DNA of 63,171 nucleotides, counting the filler, from Hausera hauseri (Eukaryota): assembly GCA_046269625.1 (NCBI GenBank). It is 11 parts of 11 records of this genome, joined end to end, with 100 filler letters (N's around TTAATTAATTAA, not from the genome) between each part and the next. Parts side by side here need not be neighbours in the genome. Positions count along the whole stretch, not along the records: positions 25,070 to 31,608 come from JBJURY010089321.1; positions 31,709 to 38,864 come from JBJURY010034447.1; 9 more parts are not named here. The stretch is one strand, 5' to 3'. Of this stretch, positions 25,070 through 37,225 are shown piece after piece. The notes beneath the pieces are model-generated. The model was not told the DNA's origin. It searched no databases and saw nothing but the letters and a program-made list of their open reading frames with translations. The number at the start of each line of letters is the position of its first letter. The first letter of the stretch is position 1. The position numbers were made by a program, and so were the translations under genes.

Positions 25070-25400
25070 GAATCCCAATACTTTCCTATAATCTTGCATC
25101 AGTATGAATTCAAATGTATGAAATAAGTCTATTCCAACAACGAGTTTTCCTATTAAGTGGATTTTAATAGTAGATAGAATCAAGAGAATATCGTGTTGAC
25201 CAATTATGTCAGATTCTTTTAGCCCAGTGAGATGACTGTTATAATTGTCTACCTTATCCCGGGGACAGATAATTTGATCGATAATAACTTTTCCATTAAT
25301 ATCAAGAATGGTTATTTCTACTAATGCCAGTTCCTTTTGTCGTGTGGGGTTCAGCAAATAAGCATAATTAACTGCCAGTATTATGATATCATTATTGGTT
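25070..25400 (-). CDS. REX4/ISG20-like DEDDh exonuclease fold, apparently catalytically degenerate, C-terminal part of the retroelement accessory ORF
   Basis: ELALVEITILDINGKVIIDQIICP..VDNYNSHLTGL..DI..LIGKLVVG matches the REX4 pattern (ARVSIVN..G.V.YD..V.P...DY.T..SGI..L.G.ILVGH). In frame with ORF 25673-27049 across one TGA. Confidence 0.7.
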
Positions 25401-25672
25401 ACGATTGATGATCTAATGAATGATATTCCTTTTTCCAGTAAGGAAATACTGGGGATTGTAATAGGATATTGGGGAACTTCCTCATTAAGCCGTGCTATTT
25501 GTTCGGTTCTTATTGCTTCAATATATATAATTGGACAAGGGCCACCGAATGTCCTGAGGGTAAAAACGACGTTTTCTAAAAATCTTTTATCCAGTCGTAT
25601 AGTACTGAATACCGTGATCTCAACGTTATCTGTTATGCCATTATTATGGGCCTTGCTTCGTAACTGAATACT

Positions 25673-27430
25673 TCATTTAGAAACGGATATATATACCGCT
25701 AATGTATTATTTGAGACCGTAATTAGATCAGATAGGTGCGTTGAAGAATTGTTCATTTTGAGAATGAGACTGGACCTCTGATTAACTGAATATCCCTTTA
25801 GGTTGTTGGGAATTAAAGAAGATTTGCCATAATAGGAATAATCTTTGTTAATGGTTGCCATAAGATTGGCAGTTATGTTGAAATAGAACGATTTTGGCCA
25901 CTGTACTAATTCTGAGCCTTCTTTAACTATAAATAGACAAATCAATGGCAGCCAAAACAGTTTAGGAAAATATATAATATTACATTTCATTTGTTTATTA
26001 TTATGGTAGGTCGCGAGAAATTTAGCGGCCTCGTCTTGTACACTCGTACATAGACATAAGGTTAGATTTGTTAACGGATGGGTATACCGTTTAGTGTCTT
26101 TACGGTCGCAGTCTTGCCGTTTTTCGCTAGTAACATTGTACGGTTGGATTACCCGCTTAGAATTGGTAAGCTTTTCAGCCTGCCATTGATCACTCATAGT
26201 GTTCTTGTTTAAGTCACCATCCCACTCATCCTGTGAGTTTTCTCTTAGTAATTTTAATTGGCGCAACATTTTTCTTGTTCTTAATCTCCTACTTCTTATT
26301 TGTGAATAACAAATTATTAAAGGTACAAATACAGCCATTAGTAGGAGGAGAACGCATAATGTTAGTATTATCCATAAATGCGGACTCAGGGTGTTTGAAT
26401 GATTTGGCGAAGTTGTCGTCTTTAGAATTTTTGTAGTCATCGTAATGATTTGGTTTAATGTTTTCTCTACGCGATAGATCATTTGTAATTTCTGTCCGTC
26501 TTCGTCTAATTCAGCTATGATAACGTTATAGTTTGTATTAGGTTTCAAAAACATTAAAGCTGATGTGGTTTCTTCAGGTGTTATTACGCCTTCGCTAACT
26601 ATTCTGTTATGCAGAAGACATTCAAATTTTGTGTTTTTCAAATCTGGTATAGTGATTATAAGCGAATATGCTGTTGAGTGTATATTTACTTCAAGGTTCT
26701 TTACAATTTTAGACTGGATTTCAATTGATGGGCTAGTAGTTGTTATATTTTGTATTGGTCGTGGGGCATATGATGTTATTCTTGTTGAAACCGTCGTTGT
26801 CGTCATTGGTTGAGAGTTTTCTATTACTTCTGGTCCATCTGACCACCCTGACCATGTACGACCATTAGTTGTTGTTCGGTAATGTATGTGATATAATTTA
26901 TTGAACGGAAAAGGACAACAAAAATATGGTTTTTGGTAATCTATTAGACATTTTATAATAGTAGTTTGATTTTGCATCTCATATTCTATAGAGTAATGTC
27001 CAGTTAGTGGAATTTCTGTTTCAATTGTTACGCATGGCCCATTTCTCATGATCTTAGTATAAAATGAAACAAAAAATATGGCTGGCGGAAGTAATAAATC
27101 GTACCAGGGTATGAAAAATAATTTCTGTGTCTGACCTCTATGTCCAATTGAATATTGAATTCTATGATATACTTTAAACTGAAGTCCACAACAAGTGTGT
27201 TAAGTGACCGTAATATAAATCACAATACTTTGGTATTGCTTTATACAATGAGGTTATTCTTGAAATAAATATATGTATATATTTGCCGTACGTTAAGTAT
27301 CGACTGGCTGTAATATTTACACACGGGTATCGCCCAACCTGTACGGCTTTATATTGTACGGTCGGATCTTGGGACGATATACAGGTTACTAAACTTAGCA
27401 TCATGAGCATTGCTATTAACAGTGAGTTGG
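25673..27430 (-). CDS. Type I membrane glycoprotein fused behind integrase: signal peptide, two Cys/FN3-like domains with WSGWS, Thr-rich stalk, FN3, TM, cytoplasmic region
   Basis: SLLIAMLMMLSLVTCISS in the integrase frame; one frameshift near 27200; WSGWS at 26840-26854; LKPNTNYNVII FN3 motif; TM LWIILTLCVLLLLMAVFVPLIICY followed by RSRRLRTRK. Confidence 0.75.
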
Positions 27431-30400
27431 GATTTTTATTTCTAATTTTAGATTCTACTGGTGCACGTTTACATCTGTTTGCATGAACTTTTATTGGGTC
27501 CATTTCATTTCTTTTGTTTTTATTCAAATAGATGTTTGTTTCATTTACTTTTTGGATCATATATGGACCTTTATATGGTCTATCCAGTTTTGGCGTTCTT
27601 CCTGTTTTACTCAAAGGCGTATGTAACATAACTTTGTCTCCTGGTTTGAAACCATGAGATTTTGCCTTTTCATCATATCTATTTTTATACTCCTTTTGAC
27701 ATATTTTTGTATTTCTCGAAGCTAGATTCCATATATATATCCCAGTTTTTCCTTCAATAGTTCTTTATACTCCATATCATTCAAATGAAACATAGGCATT
27801 TTGAAATCTATATCAATTGGCATATGGGTATCCCTAAGGTACATTAAATAGAATGGAGTTTCTTTCGTCGCAAGATGTATTGTATTTCTTATTGCAAATA
27901 AGCAAGGTTTAATGTATTTATCCCAATCATCCTATCGTTCATTGACCATTGTTGCTAGCATGTTGGTCAAGATACCGTTAAATTTTTCTACAGTCCCATT
28001 AGTTTGTGGGTGATACGGAGTAGTCTTCAGCTGTAATATTTTGAATATTTTAGAGATTTCTTCCATTACTTCTCCTGTAAAATTAGGAGCTTGATCAGTT
28101 AATAATTTAGTGGGTGCTCCGTAATTAAACACGATTTCTTCGACAAATGCTTGGGCAATGGTTTGAGCCTTTTGATCCGGTATTGGGATCACAACTGGCC
28201 ATTTGGAAAATAAGTCTACAAATACTAACATATATTTATTCCCGTTTATTGTCATAGGCATCGGTCCTAGAATGTCCATTACTGAGAATTCCATAGGAGC
28301 AGATGGACATTTCAATGGTTTCAAGGGAACTTTAATTTTTCTTTCTCTATTTTTCCTTGTAGCACAGATGGGACAACTTTTACACCATTCCTCTACATCT
28401 TTGGACATTTTATACCAATAGTATTTTCTTTTGAGTCTGCCTAGAGTTTGTTTCTTCGACTGGTGTCCACCCAACATCCCATCATGATATTGGATTAGTA
28501 ATAATTTTACATTTTCTTGGGAGATAATAACAGCTAATCTTCCTTTGTGGTTGTAATATAGTATTCCATCTTTTATCTGATAATTTTCAGCGAACTTTAT
28601 CAGATGGAAATAAAAATCATTATCTTTTGGTATGATCTTCTGGAGATATTCTTTAATCTGTTTTATTTGATCGTCATCTTATTGTTTTTGTTGCAACGAT
28701 TTTTCCCTTTTCGTGATATTCCAGATAGCTTCTATAACACCTGGTTTATCCTGTATTGTTTCTTCTTTTTGATCTATATCTTCGGGTGTTCTTGACATGT
28801 AATCGGCATTTGCATTGGCCTTACCAGTTTTATACTCGAATTTTAAGTCGTAGAATTGTAGTAACATGGCCCATTTCATTAAACGACTATTTGGATTTTT
28901 ATGATTCTTTAACCATTGTAGTGGTTTATGGTCAGTATAAATAACAATTGGTTTAGTTTCCGATAAGTACTGACCATATTGTTCTAATGCATATACAATC
29001 GCGAGTAGTTCTCTTTCAATAGTCGAATAATTCTTATGTTTTCTCAATTTTTTTCCTCCGAACGATATTGGATGCTCTTGCCCTTGATCATCCTTTTGTG
29101 ATAAAACGACTCCAATTCCTACTTTACTTGCATCTGTCGCCAAAATGTATGGCTTAGACATATTAGGATAAGACAATATTGGTGGAGCTAGTAAATTATC
29201 CTTTAACTGTTGATATGCCTTTTGACATTCTTGAGTCCAAATAAGTTTAGAATTCTCTTGTAATAACGAATGTAGAGGAGAAGCTATTTGCTGATAATCC
29301 TTAACAAATTTCCGATAATAGCCTGTAACACCAAGAAATTTTCGAACTCCTCTAACTGTCTTTGGGACTGGAAAATCCTGAATTTTATTGATTTTTCCAA
29401 TCTGTGAACTAATACCATCTCTACTTACTGTATGAACTAAGAAGTCGACTTTAGTTCGAGCAAAATAACATTTCTTTAAACTAATTTTAATTCCTAAGAG
29501 TGCACATCTCTCTAACATATCTTTTAGATGTTCTTTGTGTTGTTTATAGTCGCTTGAGGCTATTATTACATCACCCACGTAGCACATTATGTGTGGAGCA
29601 TCCATAGTAATTATATCCATAGCCGTCTGGAAGGTTGCTGGAGCATTCTTCATTCCAAATGCCATACGATTAAATTCATAATGTCCATCTGCAGTTACAA
29701 AAGCAGTGTTCTGTTTATCTTCTTCTTGTACTTCTATTTTCCAGAAGCCTTTTTTGTAAATCCAATGTAGTAAATAACATCTTGTCCTTTAATTTATCGA
29801 ATATCTCATCAATTCTCGGTAGTGGATACGTGTTGTCTACTGTTACTTCATTCAGGGCACGATAATCTACACATATCTTTATGGATCCGTCTTTCTTTTG
29901 CACCATTACAATAGGTGCCGCCCATGGTGAGTTACTTGGTCTAATTATATCATATTGTTTCATTTCGGCTTTTATTTCCTTGGCCTTTTCTCGTTTATCA
30001 TAATTAAGGCGCTATGGCCTCTTTTTGATGGGACTCTCCATTACAGCTTTTAGCTTAATCTTGTGTTTGATAACGGGTATTATACCCATATCATATACGG
30101 CTGTTGCAAAGGTATCTTTATATTATTGTAGTATTTCGACTATATCTTCATTCTCCACATCTATCAGTGTACTGCCCTTGCCAAACAGGTCATGATCGTT
30201 CCAATTAATAGGAGTCTTAACAAATTTTGTTATTTTCTTCTTTTTATTGCGATGACTTTTCAATTTATTCATTGGTTCATCTTCTAATCGTATTCCACCT
30301 TCTGTTCGCGGGTTATATCATTGTCTTTCCATGAATTCAGATAACTCCTGTACAGTAGAAATAATAGCTTCCGTTACGTTGTTACTTATATCCTTTATAC

Positions 30401-30995
30401 CATATACATAGGCGATTCTTGTTCCTTTTCTAAGCAACTTAGGTTTATTAGAGGCATTGGCTATTCGAACAATCACTTGTTGTCCTCGAATGTTATCAAT
30501 TGTATGAGCTAACCATAACTCATTCTTGTCCATGAAGGTTATATTTGGTTCAATATAAACATCTCCTTCATCTCGGCCCTCTAATAGAGCTTTGAGCATA
30601 ATCACCGTTCTAGCCGGTATTAACACGTCTTCCTTAATGGCCAGTGTGTCCTTTTTCTCATTCTTTGTGTTTAATATGGCTGGATTTGTTGAGTCTCCAG
30701 ATGTACACACATATGTTTTAATTTTTCTAAGGCCTCACATCCGAGTATAGTTTCAGCCAACAATTCGTCGGCTATTCTAAATTCCTGTTCAATTTTTTTA
30801 TTAAGAACTGTTGTCTCGCATTTGACCAAATTCTTTACTTGTACTATGGTTCCAAATGCCGTGTGGGTTTTTTGCAACTTTTTCTGCAGTTGTTCTGAGA
30901 GTTGTTTACGTAAGATCATTGAGGCTGATTCTCCTGTGTCAATTATAGCTGTAATAGGATATCCATCTATCTAAATTACTGTTCTCGGAATTATC
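27430..30995 (-). mobile_element. Ty3/gypsy pol (PR-RT-RH-IN), decayed
   Basis: AIIDTG at about 30940; SPWAAPIVMVQKKDGSIKICVDYRALN; CYVGD; ATDAS..ERELLA..YTDHKPL; GGHQ..CPIC; MDILGP, LTDQAPNF, PQTNGTVEK; KGPY..VHANRCK. Confidence 0.95.
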
Positions 30996-31339
30996 ATATT
31001 TCTTTCTGTAATGTTTATTCGAAACGTCTTTTGGAGGTCATGGATAGTACATTAGCTTTACATGTTTTTGATCATAATTATCCACATCGCTTGAGAAATA
31101 TATATCTATATATTCGTTGGAAGGTATAAATGTGATTGCTCCATTGGGTATTCATTCCACTTCCTAATTTGTGGCATATCTGATAACAATGTTCTCCTAT
31201 TTTTACTTCGAGCGATAATCATATTCCATGTCTTTTTCATATTTTCTATTGGTTTAATTCTTCTCGCGTTTATCTTCTTTTACTGGAGGTTTGTCCTCAG
31301 CATTATTATCGTCTTCCTCATTCTTATTTTTATTTTTTG

Positions 31340-31608
31340 CTTCCATTCGGCATTTTTCTTTATCAAAAAGCAACTGGCTATGGATGAAATGAATGCGTAA
31401 ATAGTTTTCCATGTACAACCAGCGGCTTGTTTAATACCATATCCCTTAGTTATTATAGTCAGAATTGCTTTAATAAAGGCAAATATGTAGTAAAATCCTA
31501 GCTATCTAGAATTAAATTAATTATCCTCATGCGGTTGCGAATATTTTTTTAGCTATTTTCTTTGCATAATCAGATCCCATCAAATTTTCCTAGTTAGTTT
31601 TTCCGTTG
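31340..31608 (-). pseudogene. C-terminal membrane region of a chuvirus-like glycoprotein, upstream of the protease
   Basis: 31498-31340 reads GFYYIFAFIKAILTIITKGYGIKQAAGCTWKTIYAFISSIASCFLIKKNAEWK. It aligns with AIYFLIQLIKAVTQAVINGYEIYTLTGFLCKILTAIITPLGKF/LKAYEENRWK at 51670-51830. Not in the ORF track. Confidence 0.75.
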
Positions 31609-31708
31609 NNNNNNNNNNNNNNNNNNNNNNNNNNNNNNNNNNNNNNNNNNNNTTAATTAATTAANNNNNNNNNNNNNNNNNNNNNNNNNNNNNNNNNNNN
31701 NNNNNNNN

Positions 31709-33575
31709 GTGATATAGACAGCAACAGCACTAGAAGATGATTAGGCTGCTGGGGAAGAAGGAGAAGACAGGGATGAAACTTCATCCGAAGACACGACTGC
31801 GGTTGATCATTCTCAAAATCGTACACAGTATCCGGAACTTTGCAAAGTTCTGGATAGGACACATACTGATTGTGAATACAGTACTAAAGGATCTTGGAAT
31901 TTCACTACCTACCAACATTCTAGATCTAAGTAAAATGAAACAACAAAAAAGTAGTGGAGAATAAAGTTAGCTAAAGAACACAAGGAAAGCCATAATGACA
32001 TAGTATGTTTGGGATTTGATGCAGAAATAGATGAGACAGTTGTTACCATTGGAGATGTTCGACGAAAAATTAAGCAGGAGCATTATGTGTTGGTGTCATT
32101 TACAGATGGCCATTATATAGATCACATTGTGCCCGAGTCAGAAAAGTCTCAACATTTTTCCAATGAAATTTTGTCGACCAAAGCAGAATATAACTCTGAG
32201 TCTACTATTAGAGCAGTAGTTTGTCATGGAACTGCAGTTAATACTGGTAAACACAACGGAATTATAAGAAAGTTAGAGCTTAGTCTTCAACGCCCTCTTC
32301 AATGGTTAATTTGTATGCTACATTGCAACGAATTACCATTCAGAAAACTGATTGAACATGTTTGCGGTAGGATTGCTGGATCAAGGTCATCTGAAAGTAA
32401 TGTACTAGGTTATTTAGATTTTGATCCACAGCAGAAAGAAATTGTCGAATTTCAACCATTATAGGGACAAGTGGTTCTTATTGAAGAAAGTGTTGTTTGT
32501 GATTTGAGTGCTGATCAACTGTTTTTGTGTAGAATTTGTCATCTTGTTCAAAGTGGCTTAGACGTTCAAAGCAATTGTGTGCCTTACTTGGAAACTGCTC
32601 AATCAGGCACAATAAGTCATGCACGATGGTTAACTAAGGCAAACTAGTTAGTGAGACTATACATTTCAGAACTATATCCATCAAGTCAATTAATCGGGAT
32701 TGTCAAATTCATAATCAATTTCTATGCGCCATGTTAGTTCTACATTAAATGTTACAATTCCTGTCAGGAAGGAGCAGAGAATTTCCTTTTTATGGTATCA
32801 TTGCACCAGCAGCTGGATGAAGATGATCAAAGCCTTGTTGCTCCTGTTCTTATAAATAACAGCTACTTTTGTAACCCTGAACATTTGTTATTGGCACCTG
32901 TAGCTGATAAAGATGATAGAATAAGGGAAGTAGCATAAGAAAGAATACTACAAGCAAGACGTCAAGGCACTAGTTCATCAGTTCGAAATTTTGACGAAAA
33001 TCTGATTCCTATAAATCTGTCTGCAACTTGTTACATAGATTTGATTGACTGGGAAAAGATAACTGTGACATCACCTCCTCTATGAGATAATTTTGACTCA
33101 GAAATGCTGTCAAGTTACAACGTTATTACTCTTCCCAAATATCCTTGTCACTCTCAGATAGTGGAAAGAAATGTAAAAGATGTATCTGCTGTATGTAGTA
33201 AAGTTTTTGGACATGATTCCTGTCATGGTGCTATTTTACAAATGAAAAAGTCAAGGAAGGAAAGACCAAATGTTGAAACAAAAGCTGACTTTCTGTAATA
33301 TCTATGATTCTTCATCATAAATTGAACATTTTAATTTTGATGACTCTGATTTGAAAGTTGTCCATTCTGTTTATAGGCAATGTAAATTGTGTTTCGGATA
33401 AAATATGAATGTGTTAAAATTATCACTTTTAGTCGCATCTTTGAGACTCAGTGGCGGGGGTTAAATTGCGTATTTAAAACCCAATAATTTACCACAGCAT
33501 TTAGGGCATTGGTGGTCAAAAATATATTTGTCCAAGATGTCCATCACTTGCTTCATATTTTTCGACCCAACCTAA
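31709..33575 (+). mobile_element. hAT-superfamily (hATm-like) DNA transposon remnant A with 3' end
   Basis: GFD; VVC(H)GTAVNTG..LQRPLQWLICMLHCNELP; HARWLTKA; PCHSQIVERNVK; candidate terminus ..CCCAACCTA at about 33574. Confidence 0.75.
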
Positions 33576-33779
33576 TCTACAGCAATTCATTTTGCCTTGG
33601 ATTGTAAGGTATTACCTGAGTATGTGTCCACATGTCAATTCTAGCCTATTTATACAAGTTGACACGTGGACATACTCAGGTTATACGAGATTGTAATTCA
33701 TTTCAGGCATGTATTCTGTATATAAGCGACTTCACATAATCGGAGCATCAGATAATTATTGATTCTCAGTACTTTCTAA

Positions 33780-35700
33780 ATATGACGAATTATGGTGAAA
33801 AAAGAGTATGTATTAGAAAGCAGACTTATGTCAAAAAACACAAATGTCATCCTGTCTGGGCGCGACTATGCTACAATCTAAGAAGGAAGTTATGGCGTTG
33901 TTTTTTTACTACAATAAGTGTGGAAAACAAACCATAAGAGGAGCTAGTAATTTAGCAAGGAATGGCATATTGGAAGTATGGAGAAAATCTGGGATTCCAA
34001 TAAGACATAAACCAGATGTTGTAAATAAAGTATGAGGCATGTTCAGGGAATGTGAGGAGCTAAAGAAAAATAAGGAAAACACAGCCAAACGTTCTGAGGC
34101 TTTATAACAGAATAAGAATGAATGGAGAAATGGGCTAGAATATCTGTTTGCCATTTCACATGCCAGAGCATTAGAAATGATCAAAATACAAGAGGACAAG
34201 GATTTTCTGCTAGCTCAGCAGGAGAAAGAACGACGAAGAAAAATGGGAAATGTTGACCTATCACTGAAAAAGGAAAGCAGCTTCACAGAAGGGAGCACTA
34301 CGTTTTAAAAAAAGGTTATACAGGAAGAAGAGACAGCCAGATCCAGACAAGAAGTAGTCCATCTTGTATCTTCTTCAGAGTACAAAGAAGCCTTTCAGAC
34401 AATAATTCAACTGCCGATAAAAAGGAATCTGCTTCACATTTAGGCATTGCTTTAAAACGAGGAAGGAAGAACATAATAGACAAAATATTGTCAGTTAGTC
34501 TCGATATGGCAAAAGTCAGCGATAGAAAAGCGGCCATTGTGCTAATTCCAACAATTCATCAGCTAGGATCCGCAGAAAGTTTCGTTGCAGTACAGCTGAG
34601 GCTTTGAAAACAAACTTCAAGGCTTCAGTTTTTTTAACCATTCACTGGGATGGCAAAATGCTGGAAGACATCATGAGAAGAGAAACTGTAGACCGTCTTC
34701 CTATTCTAATATCTGGGGAAGGCATAGATGAGCTGCTCGCAGTCCCGAAATTCATCTGGTAAAGAAGAAGCAATAGCGTCTGCAGAGTATGACATAGCGG
34801 TAGATTGGAACATTTAAGACAATGTGAAATGCATATGTTTTGATACAACAGTAGTCAATACTGGAATAAGAAACGGGGCTTGCGTTCTGCTAGAACAGAA
34901 AACGGATAAAGATATGCTTTGGTTAGCCTGTCGCCATCATGTTCAAGAGTTAGTTCTCGAAGCTGTTATACATCATTCACTTGGTTATTCAACAGGCCCA
35001 GATATTTTACTTTTCAAGAGATTTCAGTAATCCTAGGCTGTAATAGATAAGTAAAAACTTCAAACAGCAATACATGATGCAAACACTATTCAAGTTGTTG
35101 TTGACACAACTGACGATATAATTGTTTTCGCTATAGATTAACTGCAGAAGTTTCAACCACAAGATGACTATCAGGAACTGTTGGAACTGGCAATTGTTTT
35201 CCTCGGAGGCATTCCTGTGAAACGATGATCATTCAAATCTCTAGCTGGGATGTATAGGGCTAGATGGATAGCCAAGGCAATATATTCCTTAAAAGTGTGG
35301 ATGTTCAGAAGTTAGTTTACCCTGACAAAGACATAAGAAACTGGAATTCGAGATATTTGTCTTTTTTTAATAAAATTGTACCTGATTTGAAGCTGCTTCA
35401 GCACTTTCTGCTTCCCGAAATGATCTTCTATTCCTTCAAAAAATTGACAAATATGCAGAAGAAAATGTAGAAGTTTCCAAAGTTGCCTTCAACAAGTTCT
35501 TGCAGTACCTATGGTATCTGTCAGAAGAATTGGCATCTTTTCCCTTTTTTGATAATGAAGTCTCACTTGAAACAGAACAAAGCATGGCCAGAGCTCTAGA
35601 AACGTGTGGAACATATAATGAAGCGGCTTTTACTGAACCCCAAGCTGAGAAGAACACAAGAGCTCTGAGATTTTGTCACATTCGGCACTCGCAGATTTTT
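33780..35700 (+). mobile_element. hAT-like transposase remnant B
   Basis: IHWDGK, CFDTTVVNTG..GAC, LACRHH, QPQDDY, ARWIAK, LWYLSEE; many stops. Confidence 0.8.
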
Positions 35701-35891
35701 TGTCATCACATGACTTCCGTCAAGCTTTCTTCTCAAAGATATAAGCCAGTGGGATATTTTTCAGCCAATGAAATTCATTCCTTGCTTGCTTTGTTCTTTT
35801 CTGCACGGGTTGTTGATGATGATAGATTGCTGGATTCACTTCTTATTTGCTACTTGCCACTTGTTTGATTCATTTGCCGTAAATTTCAATC

Positions 35892-37225
35892 ATGGAAGCT
35901 TCAAGTAACAGTTCAACATGTGAGAGTGACTCTGTTAATCCTACAAGAAGTAAGTCATCACAGAAGAGAGCACACTTTACTCGTGGTATATATCAGTTGT
36001 TTGGCATGGATGGTGATGCAATATGCAGTGAGGAGGCAGTAATTACTGGCTGTTGGCTACCGACGTGTTGCTAGTTTTACGATGCATGTTGTATCACTGC
36101 AACTCATCCGTACAAGAAAAGACCAAGAGCAATTGAATCCACATCACGTTTCACTACAGCAAAGCTTGTCCTGCAGCAAGCTGCTACATTCTGTGAGAAG
36201 GCCAATATCCCCATGGTGACCGAGCGCCGAGACTCTGAGAAGATCATGAAGCTTTTGGATGCAAACAACAAGGTCCATACCAGAGTATCTACTCTGGTCA
36301 TTCAGAAGAAGATGGAAGAAAACCAACAAATGCTGCAGTCGACATTCCAGCTCTGGCTACCTGATGCAGAATGTCTGATCAAGGATGACGAAGATCGCGC
36401 ATTTCTGTAGGCAATGAAGACTGACCGTTCACTCAGCTTCGGTTCTTTCGACAAAACACCTGCAGTGAAGACTGACCGTTCACTTAACTTCGGTTCTTTC
36501 GACAAAACACCGGCACAGATAGTTGAAAGACGTCATCAGAGTGAAACCGCAGCTACAGAACGACGGAAACGTGCTCGGTGTGGTGACAGCAGCAGCAGTT
36601 GTAACCGTCTTCGCGCCGTTTGATGACAGCTCAGACACACAACTCACCAACAGGAATCGACCAGTGATACAACAAAAGGAGATGTGTTGGATGTGCATCG
36701 CACTGTTTCGATGCAAGAAGCAAACTGGTACGTCACTCTTTGTTCCGCCAAACGTTCTGAGTAACCCAACACCGTGTTACTGGCAACTCGACTTAAAATG
36801 AAACCGACAGTACAAGCAGCATTCACTCACGGTCTGATATCTGTATGTGGGGTGACGTTTCAATAGTTGCTGCATCTTATGCAACTGCTGATTGTGCCAG
36901 GCGCAAGGTTGTGGTCCGTATTGCTGGCAGTATTCGGAAGAAATGGAACCCTCCATACCTGCGTACACTGCACTGGAACGGCAAGCTGACACCAACTTTG
37001 ACGAATCATCTGGTGGCTGAAGCAAGAGTCACAGTGCTTGTTGGTGACGTGGCACAGATGAAGCTTCTGGAGTCCCGAGTTATCACAAGACAACAAACCA
37101 GGCTGTAGGTGCAATCATTGCAGAGCTGACGATGAAATTTATGACTAAATGAAAGTGCAGCAACAATGTTATCAACATAGCATTCAATACAACAAGTGCA
37201 AACACAGGTTATCTGTCAGGTTCTT
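35892..37225 (+). mobile_element. hAT-like transposase remnant C, cut by remnant D
   Basis: LHWNGK, AFNTTSANTG, ending abruptly at TAGAGTG (37226). Internal 51-bp in-frame tandem duplication at 36415-36516. Confidence 0.7.
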
